A DNA stretch of 64,000 bases, from positions 480,001 through 544,000 of the forward strand of contig CAXXTB010000002.1 of NCBI GenBank assembly GCA_963676795.2, given 5' to 3'. Position 1 is the first letter of the stretch; each line of letters starts with the position of its first letter. Under the pieces are notes generated by a model. The model was given only the letters and a program-made list of their open reading frames with translations. It searched no databases and had not been told where the DNA came from. This stretch comes from Geopsychrobacteraceae bacterium. GTDB taxonomy: Bacteria; Desulfobacterota; Desulfuromonadia; Desulfuromonadales; Geopsychrobacteraceae. The translations under genes and the position numbers were made by a program. Positions 10,388 through 20,389 of the stretch are shown one piece after another.

Positions 10388-11773
10388 CTATCCTTCCAGT
10401 TTTCTGTAGAATGTCGCCAGTGAGATGCCCAGGGAATTGCAGATTCTCTTCTTGCTTTCCAGTGAATGGCCCTCGCTGGTCAGCAGATTCTGCAGAATCT
10501 GCTGTTCGAATGCTCTGACCTGTTCCGCCAAAGGCTGCATGGAGACGGTGCGCACCGCCTGCAGGTAAGGAAAGGCTTTCAGTCGTTCCGGGAGGTGCTC
10601 CGGGGTGATGACTGTTTCGCGGTTCACAACATTGCAGATGTACTCAATGATATTTTTGAGTTCACGAATATTTCCCGGCCAGTCATAGGCCAGAAACATC
10701 TGTTTCACCTCGTCAGAAAAGACATACTGGCTATTTTCAGAATAATCGTGCATCAAGGACAGGCCGAGTTCGACAATATCCTCTTTTCGTTCTCTTAAGG
10801 GGGGGACATTTAGCTGGAAGACATTGAGTCGATAGAATAAATCTTCTCTGAATCGTCCTTTTTTGACCATCTGCTCAAGGTCCTGATTTGTTGCGGCGAT
10901 AATACGTACATCGTACTCACGCTCTTCAAGCTCACCGACTCTGCGGACTTTCTGTTCCTGAAGAATCCGCAGTATCTTGGCCTGCACATCGAAATGCAGA
11001 TCGCCGATTTCATCAAGAAACAATGTCCCCTTGTCGGCCATTTGGAACAGCCCGAGTTTGCCGCCGCGCTTGGCTCCGGTAAAGGCTCCTTCCGCGTAAC
11101 CGAACAGCTCACTTTCCAGCAGGACATGAGGAATGGCGGCACAGTTCACCGGTACGAACGGCCCGTGCTTGCGCAGGCTGGCCGCATGGATCCCCTGGGC
11201 AAGCAGCTCTTTTCCTGTACCGCTTTCGCCGAGAATAAGAATGTTGGCTTCTCCCAGAGCGGCTCGTTCCGCCAGAGATATGGTCTGATTGAATTTGGCG
11301 GATTTCCCCTTGAGTTGATTGAGTTGAAATTTTGCCCGGAAGAAATTGGCAACTGTTCCCTGCAGGCGTTTCAGTGAAGTTTCAGCTTCTTTCAGGGCTT
11401 CTGACAGCCTTTTTATTTCCGTGATGTTTTTTACAATTGAAATGCCCCCGACAATTTCATTGTCGATGATGATTGGTGCCATATCGACAACATAACGGGC
11501 CTCTCCAACTTCACGGTAGACACCGGACAGAGGTTTCCCGGTCCTGATGACCGACGGCAGCATCGCTCCAGGTCTGACCTCGGAAATATTGCGGTGCAGC
11601 AGCTCTTCCGGCGGGACATCGACGATCCGGCAATATTCCGGATTTGTAAACTGAATAATTTCATTTTTGTCGGCGACCAGAACCCCATCGTGGATCGCAT
11701 TGAGAATGGAAAGGGAAAGCTCGTCCATATTGTTCTGAAATGAAAATTTGATACTGTCTTTTTTTCCCTGCAT
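10388..11773 (-). CDS. PAS-domain sigma54-dependent transcriptional activator (bEBP)
   Basis: PAS, GESGTGKE, ESELFG, GAFTGA, FLDEIGD, WPGNIREL, C-terminal Fis-type HTH. Confidence 0.96.
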   Translation of the reverse strand: MQGKKDSIKFSFQNNMDELSLSILNAIHDGVLVADKNEIIQFTNPEYCRIVDVPPEELLHRNISEVRPGAMLPSVIRTGKPLSGVYREVGEARYVVDMAPIIIDNEIVGGISIVKNITEIKRLSEALKEAETSLKRLQGTVANFFRAKFQLNQLKGKSAKFNQTISLAERAALGEANILILGESGTGKELLAQGIHAASLRKHGPFVPVNCAAIPHVLLESELFGYAEGAFTGAKRGGKLGLFQMADKGTLFLDEIGDLHFDVQAKILRILQEQKVRRVGELEEREYDVRIIAATNQDLEQMVKKGRFREDLFYRLNVFQLNVPPLRERKEDIVELGLSLMHDYSENSQYVFSDEVKQMFLAYDWPGNIRELKNIIEYICNVVNRETVITPEHLPERLKAFPYLQAVRTVSMQPLAEQVRAFEQQILQNLLTSEGHSLESKKRICNSLGISLATFYRKLEG

Positions 11774-12088
11774 CGCAATCCTCTCTTCAGAACCAGACTA
11801 ATAAGAAAAAATACGAATCAGATAGATGCTAAGGTTTCTTGAGGTTAAGTAATGTAATATAGCGTGACTAAGATCGTTGCGTAAATTTACCAAAAAAATC
11901 AAGGAGAGAATCCTCTTGATGGATTGCAGGTGTAGATGAAGTGTTCCTTGATTCGGCTTTAAAGCTTGGAAACGTTGGAAGAGAAAATACGAAATGTCCC
12001 GATTTGGCCAATCCAAGATATTTTTGTTTGAGAGTTGTTATGGGGGGACGCTATTACACTGTTCCCTAAACAGTTTTCTACTCAGAAA

Positions 12089-13711
12089 TCAATGCCCCTG
12101 AAAATTTTCGTAGGCACTTTTTCCCGCTTTTTTAGCACCGTACAGTGCTATATCGGCTTTTTTGAACAGCTCGCCGAAGTTCTCATCCTCGCCGTCTATG
12201 GCAATACCGATACTGACCGAAATCCTGGTTTTGGGAAACTTCCGGGCAACCTTTTCTTCAAATCCCGCCAGTAGCTGTTTCGCGAACTGTTCCGGGATGC
12301 TGGTGTCTGTAATGTCCTGAAGGATGATAGCGAATTCATCTCCGCCAAGGCGGAACATGGCCTCAGCGGGAAACATCTGCTGCAGTAGTTCGGCGAAGGC
12401 AATCAGGACCCGGTCCCCTTCATCATGGCCGAACTGGTCATTGACTTCCTTGAAGTTGTCCAGATCTGCGAGGAGCAGAGCGGTATCCGGCCGCAGCGGG
12501 GTTTTGCGCATGAAGTCCTGCAGGCTGCGCCTGTTATTCAGTTTTGTCAGGAAATCTGTGTTTGCGTCGCTAAGTAGCCTGTTCTTCTGGTGATGCTCAA
12601 GGGTGATATCGATGAATAGATAGATATGACCAGCGAGTACACCAAAGATATCCAGCAGCCTTTCATCGTGAAGTTTCAGAATTTTGTTTTTCGAAAGAAG
12701 CAGGGTGGTTTCTTCTTCCCGTTCTATTAGCCATCTCTTGCTTTTGGTGAAGGTTTTTGTTTCATCAAGGAACGAATTGACGTTCTTGCCGATCAGTTCC
12801 GTTCGGTCCAGGATGAAAATGTCGATGAACTTTTGATTCACATTGGTGATGTTTCTGTCCTTGTCTGTCACCATGACGGCAAAAGGCAAGCTTTCAATCA
12901 GGATATTCAGTTCGATCATCAGGTTTTGCAGGTCGGTGACATCGTGGGCAATGCCGACCGTACCGATGACATCTCCATCGCTATCGAAGATCGGTGATTT
13001 GTAGGTTTTGAATTTACGGAGTTCATTGCCACATTTCACGGTTTCGTCAAACAGACAGGTTGCCTTTTTGTTGAGAACAATCTCTTCCGATTCCAGGCAA
13101 ATGTATTCTCCCTGGGCATATTCATCTGGCTCAATGTCCCAGATGTAGTAATGACCACGTCCTTCGATCTGGTCTTTGCTCTTATTGACCACCCGGCAAA
13201 AGCTTTTGTTGATCTTCAGGTGTGATCCCCGTGCATCTTTGAACCAGATCAAGTCGGGCAGGCTGTCGATCAGAGTATCCAGATATTTTTGGATAAGAGT
13301 GGCATCTTCGTGTTCTTTAAGGCGTTTCAGGATGCCGGAAAAAGAGGCGTGGACCTTGTCTTTGCATAACGGTTCGATCCAGACCTGATTGAAAAGCTGA
13401 TAATTATCAGCCAGGACAGGCAGGCTGTCGGTTGAAAAATAACCAACCAAAACAGCCTCTTTATCCTTGCCTTTATTGATTACGCTTATCAAATCAGCAT
13501 TGATACATGTGAAGTCGAGGACAATGATCGCGAAGTCTTTTAACCTGCTCGCGTCGACAACGGGAGAACAGAAAAAACGGTGTGAGAACCTTTCCTGTGG
13601 TGGAACATTCCGGAGCAGGGTTTCTAACTGAGGGTTCCGGGTGGCAACCAAGATTTTCAATAAGCGGTGATACACATTCAATTCCTTCGCTAACCTGGAA
13701 TCGATTTTCAT
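12089..13711 (-). CDS. PAS/PAS-GGDEF diguanylate cyclase
   Basis: Two PAS-like regions; DLDNFKEVNDQFGHDEGD and RLGGDEF. Confidence 0.93.
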   Translation of the reverse strand: MKIDSRLAKELNVYHRLLKILVATRNPQLETLLRNVPPQERFSHRFFCSPVVDASRLKDFAIIVLDFTCINADLISVINKGKDKEAVLVGYFSTDSLPVLADNYQLFNQVWIEPLCKDKVHASFSGILKRLKEHEDATLIQKYLDTLIDSLPDLIWFKDARGSHLKINKSFCRVVNKSKDQIEGRGHYYIWDIEPDEYAQGEYICLESEEIVLNKKATCLFDETVKCGNELRKFKTYKSPIFDSDGDVIGTVGIAHDVTDLQNLMIELNILIESLPFAVMVTDKDRNITNVNQKFIDIFILDRTELIGKNVNSFLDETKTFTKSKRWLIEREEETTLLLSKNKILKLHDERLLDIFGVLAGHIYLFIDITLEHHQKNRLLSDANTDFLTKLNNRRSLQDFMRKTPLRPDTALLLADLDNFKEVNDQFGHDEGDRVLIAFAELLQQMFPAEAMFRLGGDEFAIILQDITDTSIPEQFAKQLLAGFEEKVARKFPKTRISVSIGIAIDGEDENFGELFKKADIALYGAKKAGKSAYENFQGH

Positions 13712-14005
13712 GCTCCTGAGCTGAACTTCCGTAGCGTTGTGGATGAGCAGTGTATTATCGATCCTGCTATCTCTCCCGGAGAGTCGTGTTGAGAGAAGTA
13801 TAGCTAATTTATTGAGATTTAGCAGGGATGAATTTTCTTTTTCGGGGATCGGCGAAGGTCTTTTCTGGCGCGAAAAATAGTTTCCGTTATTCTTTCTGAG
13901 GCGGCCAGGGCGTTGCCTTGCTGGGCGAACGCTGCTTGACGGTACGTGGCCCCCGCTGGGTACAGAGGCCGTTTCGTCTTTGAATCCATGTCAGAAACAG
14001 CCCGG

Positions 14006-16774
14006 TCAGTCCAGGCACTTACGGAGTGTCTGTTCAAGCTCCGCGAAGCTGTAAGGTTTAACGACCCTGGCGATGAAACCATATTCTGCGTAGTGTGACA
14101 TGATCGGGTCATTGGCATAGCCGCTGGAGACAATAATTCTTGACTCTTTATCAAGGGCCTGAATGGCTTTTGCCGTTTCGAGCCCGCCGATATCTCCCGG
14201 CAGGGTCAGGTCGGTAATGACGATGTCGTAACGAGCGTCGTTGAGTGCGTCTGCATAGAACTGAATCGCTTCATGTCCCCGCTCAGCATGGGTAACGCTG
14301 TGCCCCATTTCTTCCAGCATGCTGCCCAACATCTGGCGGATCATCTCTTCGTCGTCCAGAATCAGAATCTTCAGCTTTTGCTGTGATGCGTTCCCTGCAA
14401 GCTCAGGCGGTGTCGATGGGGGTATTTCTGCCGTGACCGTCGGCAATAACATCGTGAAGGTCGTACCGAGCCCGGGGACGGAATCGACCATGATCTGCCC
14501 CTTGTGTTTGCTGATGATCGAATAGCAGGTGGCTAATCCCAGGCCACTGCCTTCGGTTTTCGTTGTGAAGTACGGATCGAATATCTTATCCAGCAGTTCA
14601 GGTTCAATCCCTTCCCCCTGATCCTGGACCAGCAAGCGAACCCAGTTGGTGTTTTTCTGGGAAAAGTTTTCCGCATTGATTGAGATCTTGCCCCCTTCAG
14701 GCATGGCCTGTTTGGCGTTGATCACCAGGTTGCTGATGACCTGACTGAGTTGCCCCTTGTCCGCATCAACCATCCATAAGTCCGGAGCGATCTGTAATTG
14801 CAGTCGCACATTGCTGCCGCGCAGGCAAAAGCGTGCCGTTTCATCAATCAGTTCGGCCAGAGACAGTGCCTCCCTGATCGGATCGCCGCCTTTGGCAAAG
14901 GTCAGTAACTGTTTGGTCAGACTCGTCGCCCGCTCCATCGCTTTGCAGGCGGAAACGATATACCTGTAGGCCCCGCTTTCACTATTCAGATGCCTTTTGG
15001 CCATTTCGATATTGCCGAACAGGCCGGCCAGCAGGTTGTTGAAGTCATGGGCAATACCGCCGGCAAGGACGCCAATCGATTCCAGCTTGCGCAGCCGCAG
15101 AATTTCGTCTTCAGCCTTTTTCCGCTCTGTCAGGTCAACAATGATTCCGCACATGCCGATCATCTGGTCGTCGGAGCGCATAACCACGCTGTGAAACAAG
15201 GCCGGAAAAGAAGAACCGTCTTTTCTGAGACAGTTATATTCACTTCGGCCATGTGCTTCACCGGCCATAATCTGCCGGATCGATTTTGCTGCCCGCGGTA
15301 AATCTTCAGGAACGATAAGAGACTTGATCTGCAGGCCGGCCTTGATGTCGTTTTCATCATAACCGAACAGCTCATGTGCTCTCTGGTTGGCATAGGTGAT
15401 CAGCAGATGACTGTCAGCTTCATAGACGGCCTCGGGAAGTAGCTCCGTCAACTCTCTGAAGCGTGCTTCATTTCTTTTCAGGGTTTCCATGACACTGATT
15501 TTGTCGCGCAGCACGGCATTGGCGCTTTCAGCGATTTGGGCCAATTCCGTGTAATGAATCTCTTCCCGGCTGATTTTCTGGTCTTCCCTGGCAACTTTGT
15601 CGAATGCTGCAACGATAGATTTCAGGTCTCTGTTGATGTTCCTGCTTAAAAAATTGAACAGCAGGATCAGCAGGCCGGAAATCCCGATAGTCAGTATGAT
15701 GCTTGATATGATTGAGGTTATTCTGTTCTTGAAGATTCCCTTTTCAAGCAGGGTGATGTTTTTTTCAACCTCATCGAGATAAACTCCGGCCCCAACCAGC
15801 CAGTTGAGCTCTGGCAGGCCGTAAATAAAGGAGGCTTTGGGAAAGTTAAGGTCAGGAGCAGAAGGTTTGTTGAAGCTGTAATAGATGAAGTCTCCCTCTG
15901 GTTTTAAGGCGGCCCGGTATTCCTGATCGAAAATTGCCCGCATTTTTTCCGGATCTTCGTTGAATTCCTCCCAGAGTTTATTTTCACCGGACAACCGTTT
16001 TCCACTGGAAACCAGGGCATTTCCATCAAGGGTGTTGATGAAAATATAACCATCGTTTCCGAAGCGAATCTTTGCAATGGCCGATAACAGCTTATTGGTT
16101 ATCTGGTGCTCAATGTCTTCATAATAGAGCCCTGTGCCGATAAAGCAGTCAAGCGGAGGGAAGTACTTGAGGTACGAGATCTTCTGGTGATTTTTCCCCC
16201 GGCTGTTCGGCCTGGACCATGGGTATTCATAAAAGCCTTCACCTGCATTGCGCGCAATATCGATCATTTCACGGATAATGAATCGACCCCGGCTGTCCTG
16301 CAGATCGAGCATGTTGGTTCCTTCGAACTGAGGTCGATCGGCAAAAAGTATTTCCAGCCCGTCAAGTCTGGTCATAAAGTAGTAACCCAGGTCTTCAGTG
16401 CCATAGCGAATCGGTCGCAAGGCATCGACTATCATCTCCTGGATTTCAGCCAGGGGTTTGTCGTTGTTGTGTTTCTGAAAAATGTGATTGGCAACTGAAT
16501 AGGCTTCCCGGGTCCTGTTCCTGACTTCCTCACGGGTCTGTTCAACGGTATGCGAACGTTGCTCGTCGATAAGACCGACGACCCTTATGACCTCGCGTTG
16601 GATCATTTCTTTCTGCAATGCGATGTAGTCGGAGCGGGTCAGAGCTGCCTGTGTCTGAAAGAAATGATTGTAGATCAGCGACTGGATAATGATGATGACA
16701 GTTGCGAGAAGAACAAGAGCGACAATTGTGGTCGTTTTAAAAGTCCCGGCCAGTGTGGTGTGTTTTTTCGCCAT
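14006..16774 (-). CDS. Cache-PAS hybrid sensor histidine kinase/response regulator
   Basis: TM, two Cache domains, PAS, AHDFNN H-box, DPYFTTK..GSGLGL, C-terminal receiver. Confidence 0.93.
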   Translation of the reverse strand: MAKKHTTLAGTFKTTTIVALVLLATVIIIIQSLIYNHFFQTQAALTRSDYIALQKEMIQREVIRVVGLIDEQRSHTVEQTREEVRNRTREAYSVANHIFQKHNNDKPLAEIQEMIVDALRPIRYGTEDLGYYFMTRLDGLEILFADRPQFEGTNMLDLQDSRGRFIIREMIDIARNAGEGFYEYPWSRPNSRGKNHQKISYLKYFPPLDCFIGTGLYYEDIEHQITNKLLSAIAKIRFGNDGYIFINTLDGNALVSSGKRLSGENKLWEEFNEDPEKMRAIFDQEYRAALKPEGDFIYYSFNKPSAPDLNFPKASFIYGLPELNWLVGAGVYLDEVEKNITLLEKGIFKNRITSIISSIILTIGISGLLILLFNFLSRNINRDLKSIVAAFDKVAREDQKISREEIHYTELAQIAESANAVLRDKISVMETLKRNEARFRELTELLPEAVYEADSHLLITYANQRAHELFGYDENDIKAGLQIKSLIVPEDLPRAAKSIRQIMAGEAHGRSEYNCLRKDGSSFPALFHSVVMRSDDQMIGMCGIIVDLTERKKAEDEILRLRKLESIGVLAGGIAHDFNNLLAGLFGNIEMAKRHLNSESGAYRYIVSACKAMERATSLTKQLLTFAKGGDPIREALSLAELIDETARFCLRGSNVRLQLQIAPDLWMVDADKGQLSQVISNLVINAKQAMPEGGKISINAENFSQKNTNWVRLLVQDQGEGIEPELLDKIFDPYFTTKTEGSGLGLATCYSIISKHKGQIMVDSVPGLGTTFTMLLPTVTAEIPPSTPPELAGNASQQKLKILILDDEEMIRQMLGSMLEEMGHSVTHAERGHEAIQFYADALNDARYDIVITDLTLPGDIGGLETAKAIQALDKESRIIVSSGYANDPIMSHYAEYGFIARVVKPYSFAELEQTLRKCLD

Positions 16775-17048
16775 GGTCCTGAATCCGCAGTACTCAGTTA
16801 TTGGGTGAAATTTTTTTTTGTTGTCGAACCTTTATAGATTGACGCTAACCATTAAAAATATGCAACGAATTTAATGTATTTTCGGCGGGTTAATGGTGAC
16901 AGTTACTCTGTCGGGTCTGTTTGCTCATCTGTTCTCAGTATCGTCTTGTTTCAGTCTGTTCCTTGCTCTAAAGTTTATTTGACTTCACCGTGTTTTCGCG
17001 TATAAGTGCCTTTCAATGACCTCCCCCGGACAATTAAGGATGATGTTT

Positions 17049-18410
17049 ATGCAGACTGAAAACCTTCATAAACCCTGGGAACAGCTTTCCTCTTATCTTG
17101 AGACTGGTGATTCAGCTGCGGTGTTGGCTTTTATCGAGCAGCTCAATCCGGCCGATACGGCACTGACTGTATCGCGTCTGACGCTCGCCGAGCAGGGGCA
17201 GTTGCTGACGCTGCTCGATCCCGAGGATGCAGCAGAGGTTATCGAGGATATCTCGGAAGCCCAGGCGGTCGACATCATTGAAGAACTGCATCCGCAGCAG
17301 GCGGCCGCTATCCTTGAAGAGCTGGACAGTGACCATGTTGTCGACCTGCTCGGCGAACTGGCTGAAGAGGATGCCAGCGCCATTATCGAGCATATGGACC
17401 CGGAGGACGCGGCCGAGGCGCGTAGTTACCTGCAGTACGCGCCGGACAGCGCCGGTGGTCTGATGGTTTCCGAGTACCTCGATTTCCGCAGTCAACAGAC
17501 GGTGCAGGATGTGCTCGACGATTTTCAGCACAAGCGCGAAGAATACGCTGACTACGACGTTCAGTACATCTATGTCACTGATGCCCAGGGTCGCCTTGAC
17601 GGGGTCTTAAGGCTGCGTGATCTGCTCTTCCCGCAGCGTTCGACCAAGCTGGAAAAGCTGATGATCCGCAACCCCTACAAGATTGACGCGTCGGCCAGTC
17701 TTGAAGAACTGCGCAATTTCTTCGACGAGCACGATCTGTTCGGAGTGCCGGTTGTCGATGATCAGCAGTGCCTGGTCGGCATCGTCATGCCTTCGGCGAT
17801 TGAAGATGCCCGCCGCAAGCGCAGCGTCAAGCAGTACCTCGGTCTGTCGGGGATCATCGGCGGTGAGGAGTTCCGCTCGATGCCGTTGACCACCCGTTCC
17901 GGCTGGCGTCTGTCGTGGCTGTCGCTGAATATCGTGCTGAATATCGTTGCCGCCAGTGTCATTGCTCTGAAGCAGGATACCCTTGCCGCGGCGATCACCC
18001 TTGCCGTATTTCTGCCGATGGTCAGTGACATGAGCGGCTGTTCCGGCAATCAGGCGGTTGCGGTCAGTATGCGTGAACTTTCTCTGGGACTGGTGCGCCC
18101 GAAGGAGCTGTTCTGGGTGCTTGGCAAGGAAGCCAGCCTGGGGGTGATTAACGGTATCGCGCTTGGCATCCTGCTCGGACTGGTCGCTTTTGTCTGGAAG
18201 GGCAACCCTTTTCTTGGCCTGGTTGTCGGCGGAGCACTGGCCATCAATACCGTCGTTGCCGTCTCTTTGGGGGGGATGATCCCGCTGCTGCTGAAACGGG
18301 CCAAGCTCGATCCGGCGCTGATCTCGAGCCCGCTGCTGACCACCATCACCGACATGTGCGGCTTCTTCCTGGTGCTGAGTTTTGCCTCGCTGGTACTCGA
18401 GAAACTTTAA
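17049..18410 (+). CDS. mgtE: Magnesium transporter MgtE
   Basis: Acidic N-domain, SAGGLM, CBS pair, GCSGNQ, DPALISSPLLTTITD; start placed by the RBS. Confidence 0.93.
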   Translation: MQTENLHKPWEQLSSYLETGDSAAVLAFIEQLNPADTALTVSRLTLAEQGQLLTLLDPEDAAEVIEDISEAQAVDIIEELHPQQAAAILEELDSDHVVDLLGELAEEDASAIIEHMDPEDAAEARSYLQYAPDSAGGLMVSEYLDFRSQQTVQDVLDDFQHKREEYADYDVQYIYVTDAQGRLDGVLRLRDLLFPQRSTKLEKLMIRNPYKIDASASLEELRNFFDEHDLFGVPVVDDQQCLVGIVMPSAIEDARRKRSVKQYLGLSGIIGGEEFRSMPLTTRSGWRLSWLSLNIVLNIVAASVIALKQDTLAAAITLAVFLPMVSDMSGCSGNQAVAVSMRELSLGLVRPKELFWVLGKEASLGVINGIALGILLGLVAFVWKGNPFLGLVVGGALAINTVVAVSLGGMIPLLLKRAKLDPALISSPLLTTITDMCGFFLVLSFASLVLEKL

Positions 18411-18420
18411 TTCAAAATAC

Positions 18421-18460
18421 AACAGCCGCTGACGATGTTGCGTCAGCGGCTGCTCTTTGT
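18421..18460. terminator. Bidirectional terminator between mgtE and the MCP gene
   Basis: 12-bp stem CAGCCGCTGACG/CGTCAGCGGCTG. Confidence 0.75.
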
Positions 18461-20176
18461 TTAATGCAATAATCTCTGATCCTGCCGATCTTCAAGAGCT
18501 TTCCCCAGGGAGAAGCGCTGCAGGATGGCAAGCAGTTGTTCGGATTGACCGGATAGCTCTTCTGCGGCGGCGGCGCTCTGTTCGGCAATGGCGGTGTTGT
18601 GCTGGGTGGCCTGGTCGATCTGTGAGACGCCGCTGGTGATTTCGTTTATACCATGCGCCTGTTCGCTGGAGGCCGAAGCGATCTCTTCGAGCAGATCGGA
18701 GACCTTGCTGGTGCCGCTGATGATTTCTTTCAAAGCCTCTGCCGTTTGTTCCGCAATCTGGACGCCCCGTTCCGTTAACGAGACCGATCCCTCGATCAGT
18801 TCTGCAGTCTCTTCTGCCGCCTTGGCACTGCGGGCTGCCAGGTTTCTGACCTCTTCAGCAACGACTGCAAAGCCTTTGCCGTGCTGGCCGGCCCTGGCCG
18901 CTTCGACGGCCGCATTGAGAGCCAACAGATTGGTCTGGAAGGCGATTTCGTCGATGACCTTGATGATCTTGCTGATGTTCTGGCTGGCCTTATTGATTTC
19001 ATTCATCGAAGAGACCATCCCCTGCATCTGGTCGCTTCCTTTGTTGGCCGCTTGCATCGATTCGCTGGAGACCCGGTTGGCGATATTAGCGTTGTCGGCA
19101 TTGGTCCGGACCTGGCCGGCCATCTGGTTCATCGATGCCGTGACCTCTTCGATCGAGCTGGCCGATTCGGTTGCCGCCTGGGACAGGCTCTGGCTGGCAT
19201 TTGAGACCTGGCTGGCATTGAGGGCGATCTGTTCGCTGGAACCCTGAATGCTGCCGACGATATCTCGCAGGTTGGTCAGCATTTTCTGCAGGGCGAGTCC
19301 AAGCTTGTCCTCGTCTGACGCGACATAGGCGTCCTGGCTCAGGTCGCCCGCTGCAATCGACTCGGCAATATCGGAGGACCTGTTGAGGCTGTCGGTCATC
19401 CGGTCAAGGGCTTTGGCCAACTGGCCGATTTCATCCGCTTGCGACAGGTTCATCCGTTGGCTTAAGTTCCCCCTGGCGATTGCTTCGGCGAGAGACACAC
19501 CTCTGCGGATCGGGGCGGTGATCGATCTTGTGATGAGAATGCTGAGGGCGCCAGCGATGAGCAGAGCAATGATGACCAGGGTCACGCTCTGGGTGATGAT
19601 CATTTTATGGAGCTCGATATAGTGGTCCTGGTTGGCCGCGATGAATCCGTCATTGCGTTCACCGATGGTATTGAGATGATCACGCATGGTTTCAAAGGCC
19701 TCGCTGACGCTTCCCGTCATCATGCTGATCGCTTTCTGAGTTGACTCAGGGGTGTTTTTCTGGCGTTCGGCAAGCGCCCGTTCGGAAAGTTGAGTCCACT
19801 TATCCCAATCTTTCTGGAACTGTGCAGCTGTGGCCTTGTCCTCCGCTGTGGTCGACAGGTCGATCGCTTTCTGCAGGCGGGTCAGGGTTTGCTGCTTGTT
19901 CTCTTCATAGGTCTTCATCAGTTCCGCATAGCTCGGGCTGCCCGGCTCGGTGACCAGCATCGTCCGTTCGGCAACCTGGGCCTGGTGAAGGTCTCGGTCT
20001 GCATTGAGGGCAAAACTTGATATCGGAGCCCTGATATTCAGGGTGTCGACCAGCAGCCCTTCAACGAGGACAAGGTTCCGATAGCCGAGGAGAGCGAGGG
20101 CGAGCATCAGGATGATAACGATGCAAAAACCGATGGTCAGTCTGACACCAATTTTCAGGTTGCTGATAAATTTCAT
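18461..20176 (-). CDS. Methyl-accepting chemotaxis protein (4HB-type sensor, HAMP)
   Basis: Two TM segments, [34 protein letters not shown] hairpin. Confidence 0.95.
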   Translation of the reverse strand: MKFISNLKIGVRLTIGFCIVIILMLALALLGYRNLVLVEGLLVDTLNIRAPISSFALNADRDLHQAQVAERTMLVTEPGSPSYAELMKTYEENKQQTLTRLQKAIDLSTTAEDKATAAQFQKDWDKWTQLSERALAERQKNTPESTQKAISMMTGSVSEAFETMRDHLNTIGERNDGFIAANQDHYIELHKMIITQSVTLVIIALLIAGALSILITRSITAPIRRGVSLAEAIARGNLSQRMNLSQADEIGQLAKALDRMTDSLNRSSDIAESIAAGDLSQDAYVASDEDKLGLALQKMLTNLRDIVGSIQGSSEQIALNASQVSNASQSLSQAATESASSIEEVTASMNQMAGQVRTNADNANIANRVSSESMQAANKGSDQMQGMVSSMNEINKASQNISKIIKVIDEIAFQTNLLALNAAVEAARAGQHGKGFAVVAEEVRNLAARSAKAAEETAELIEGSVSLTERGVQIAEQTAEALKEIISGTSKVSDLLEEIASASSEQAHGINEITSGVSQIDQATQHNTAIAEQSAAAAEELSGQSEQLLAILQRFSLGKALEDRQDQRLLH

Positions 20177-20389
20177 CTGTCCGGTCCTTTCTGCTCTGAA
20201 GCCGTGTTTTGACCCCTCCTGGGATCATATCAATACACTAAGCGGATTGGCTGGACTGTGGCTGTGTCAAGCTGTAGTTTCTAAATTATAAAACATCGAC
20301 TGGAATTGTAAACAAAGGGGCGCTAGTGTTTTATTGATTTATTGTAAGTACAGGGATAGAGCCCCTGTTTATTTCGAAGAGAGGCGATT

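Noticed and set aside
12089..13711. GGDEF protein as the Hypr cGAMP synthase for the riboswitch
   Set aside because: It retains Asp in GHDEGD (canonical guanine-binding residue), not the Ser/Thr of Hypr enzymes
13815..13995. GC-rich intergenic stretch between the kinase and GGDEF genes as an ncRNA or repeat
   Set aside because: No second copy in the window and no recognisable motif or convincing structure
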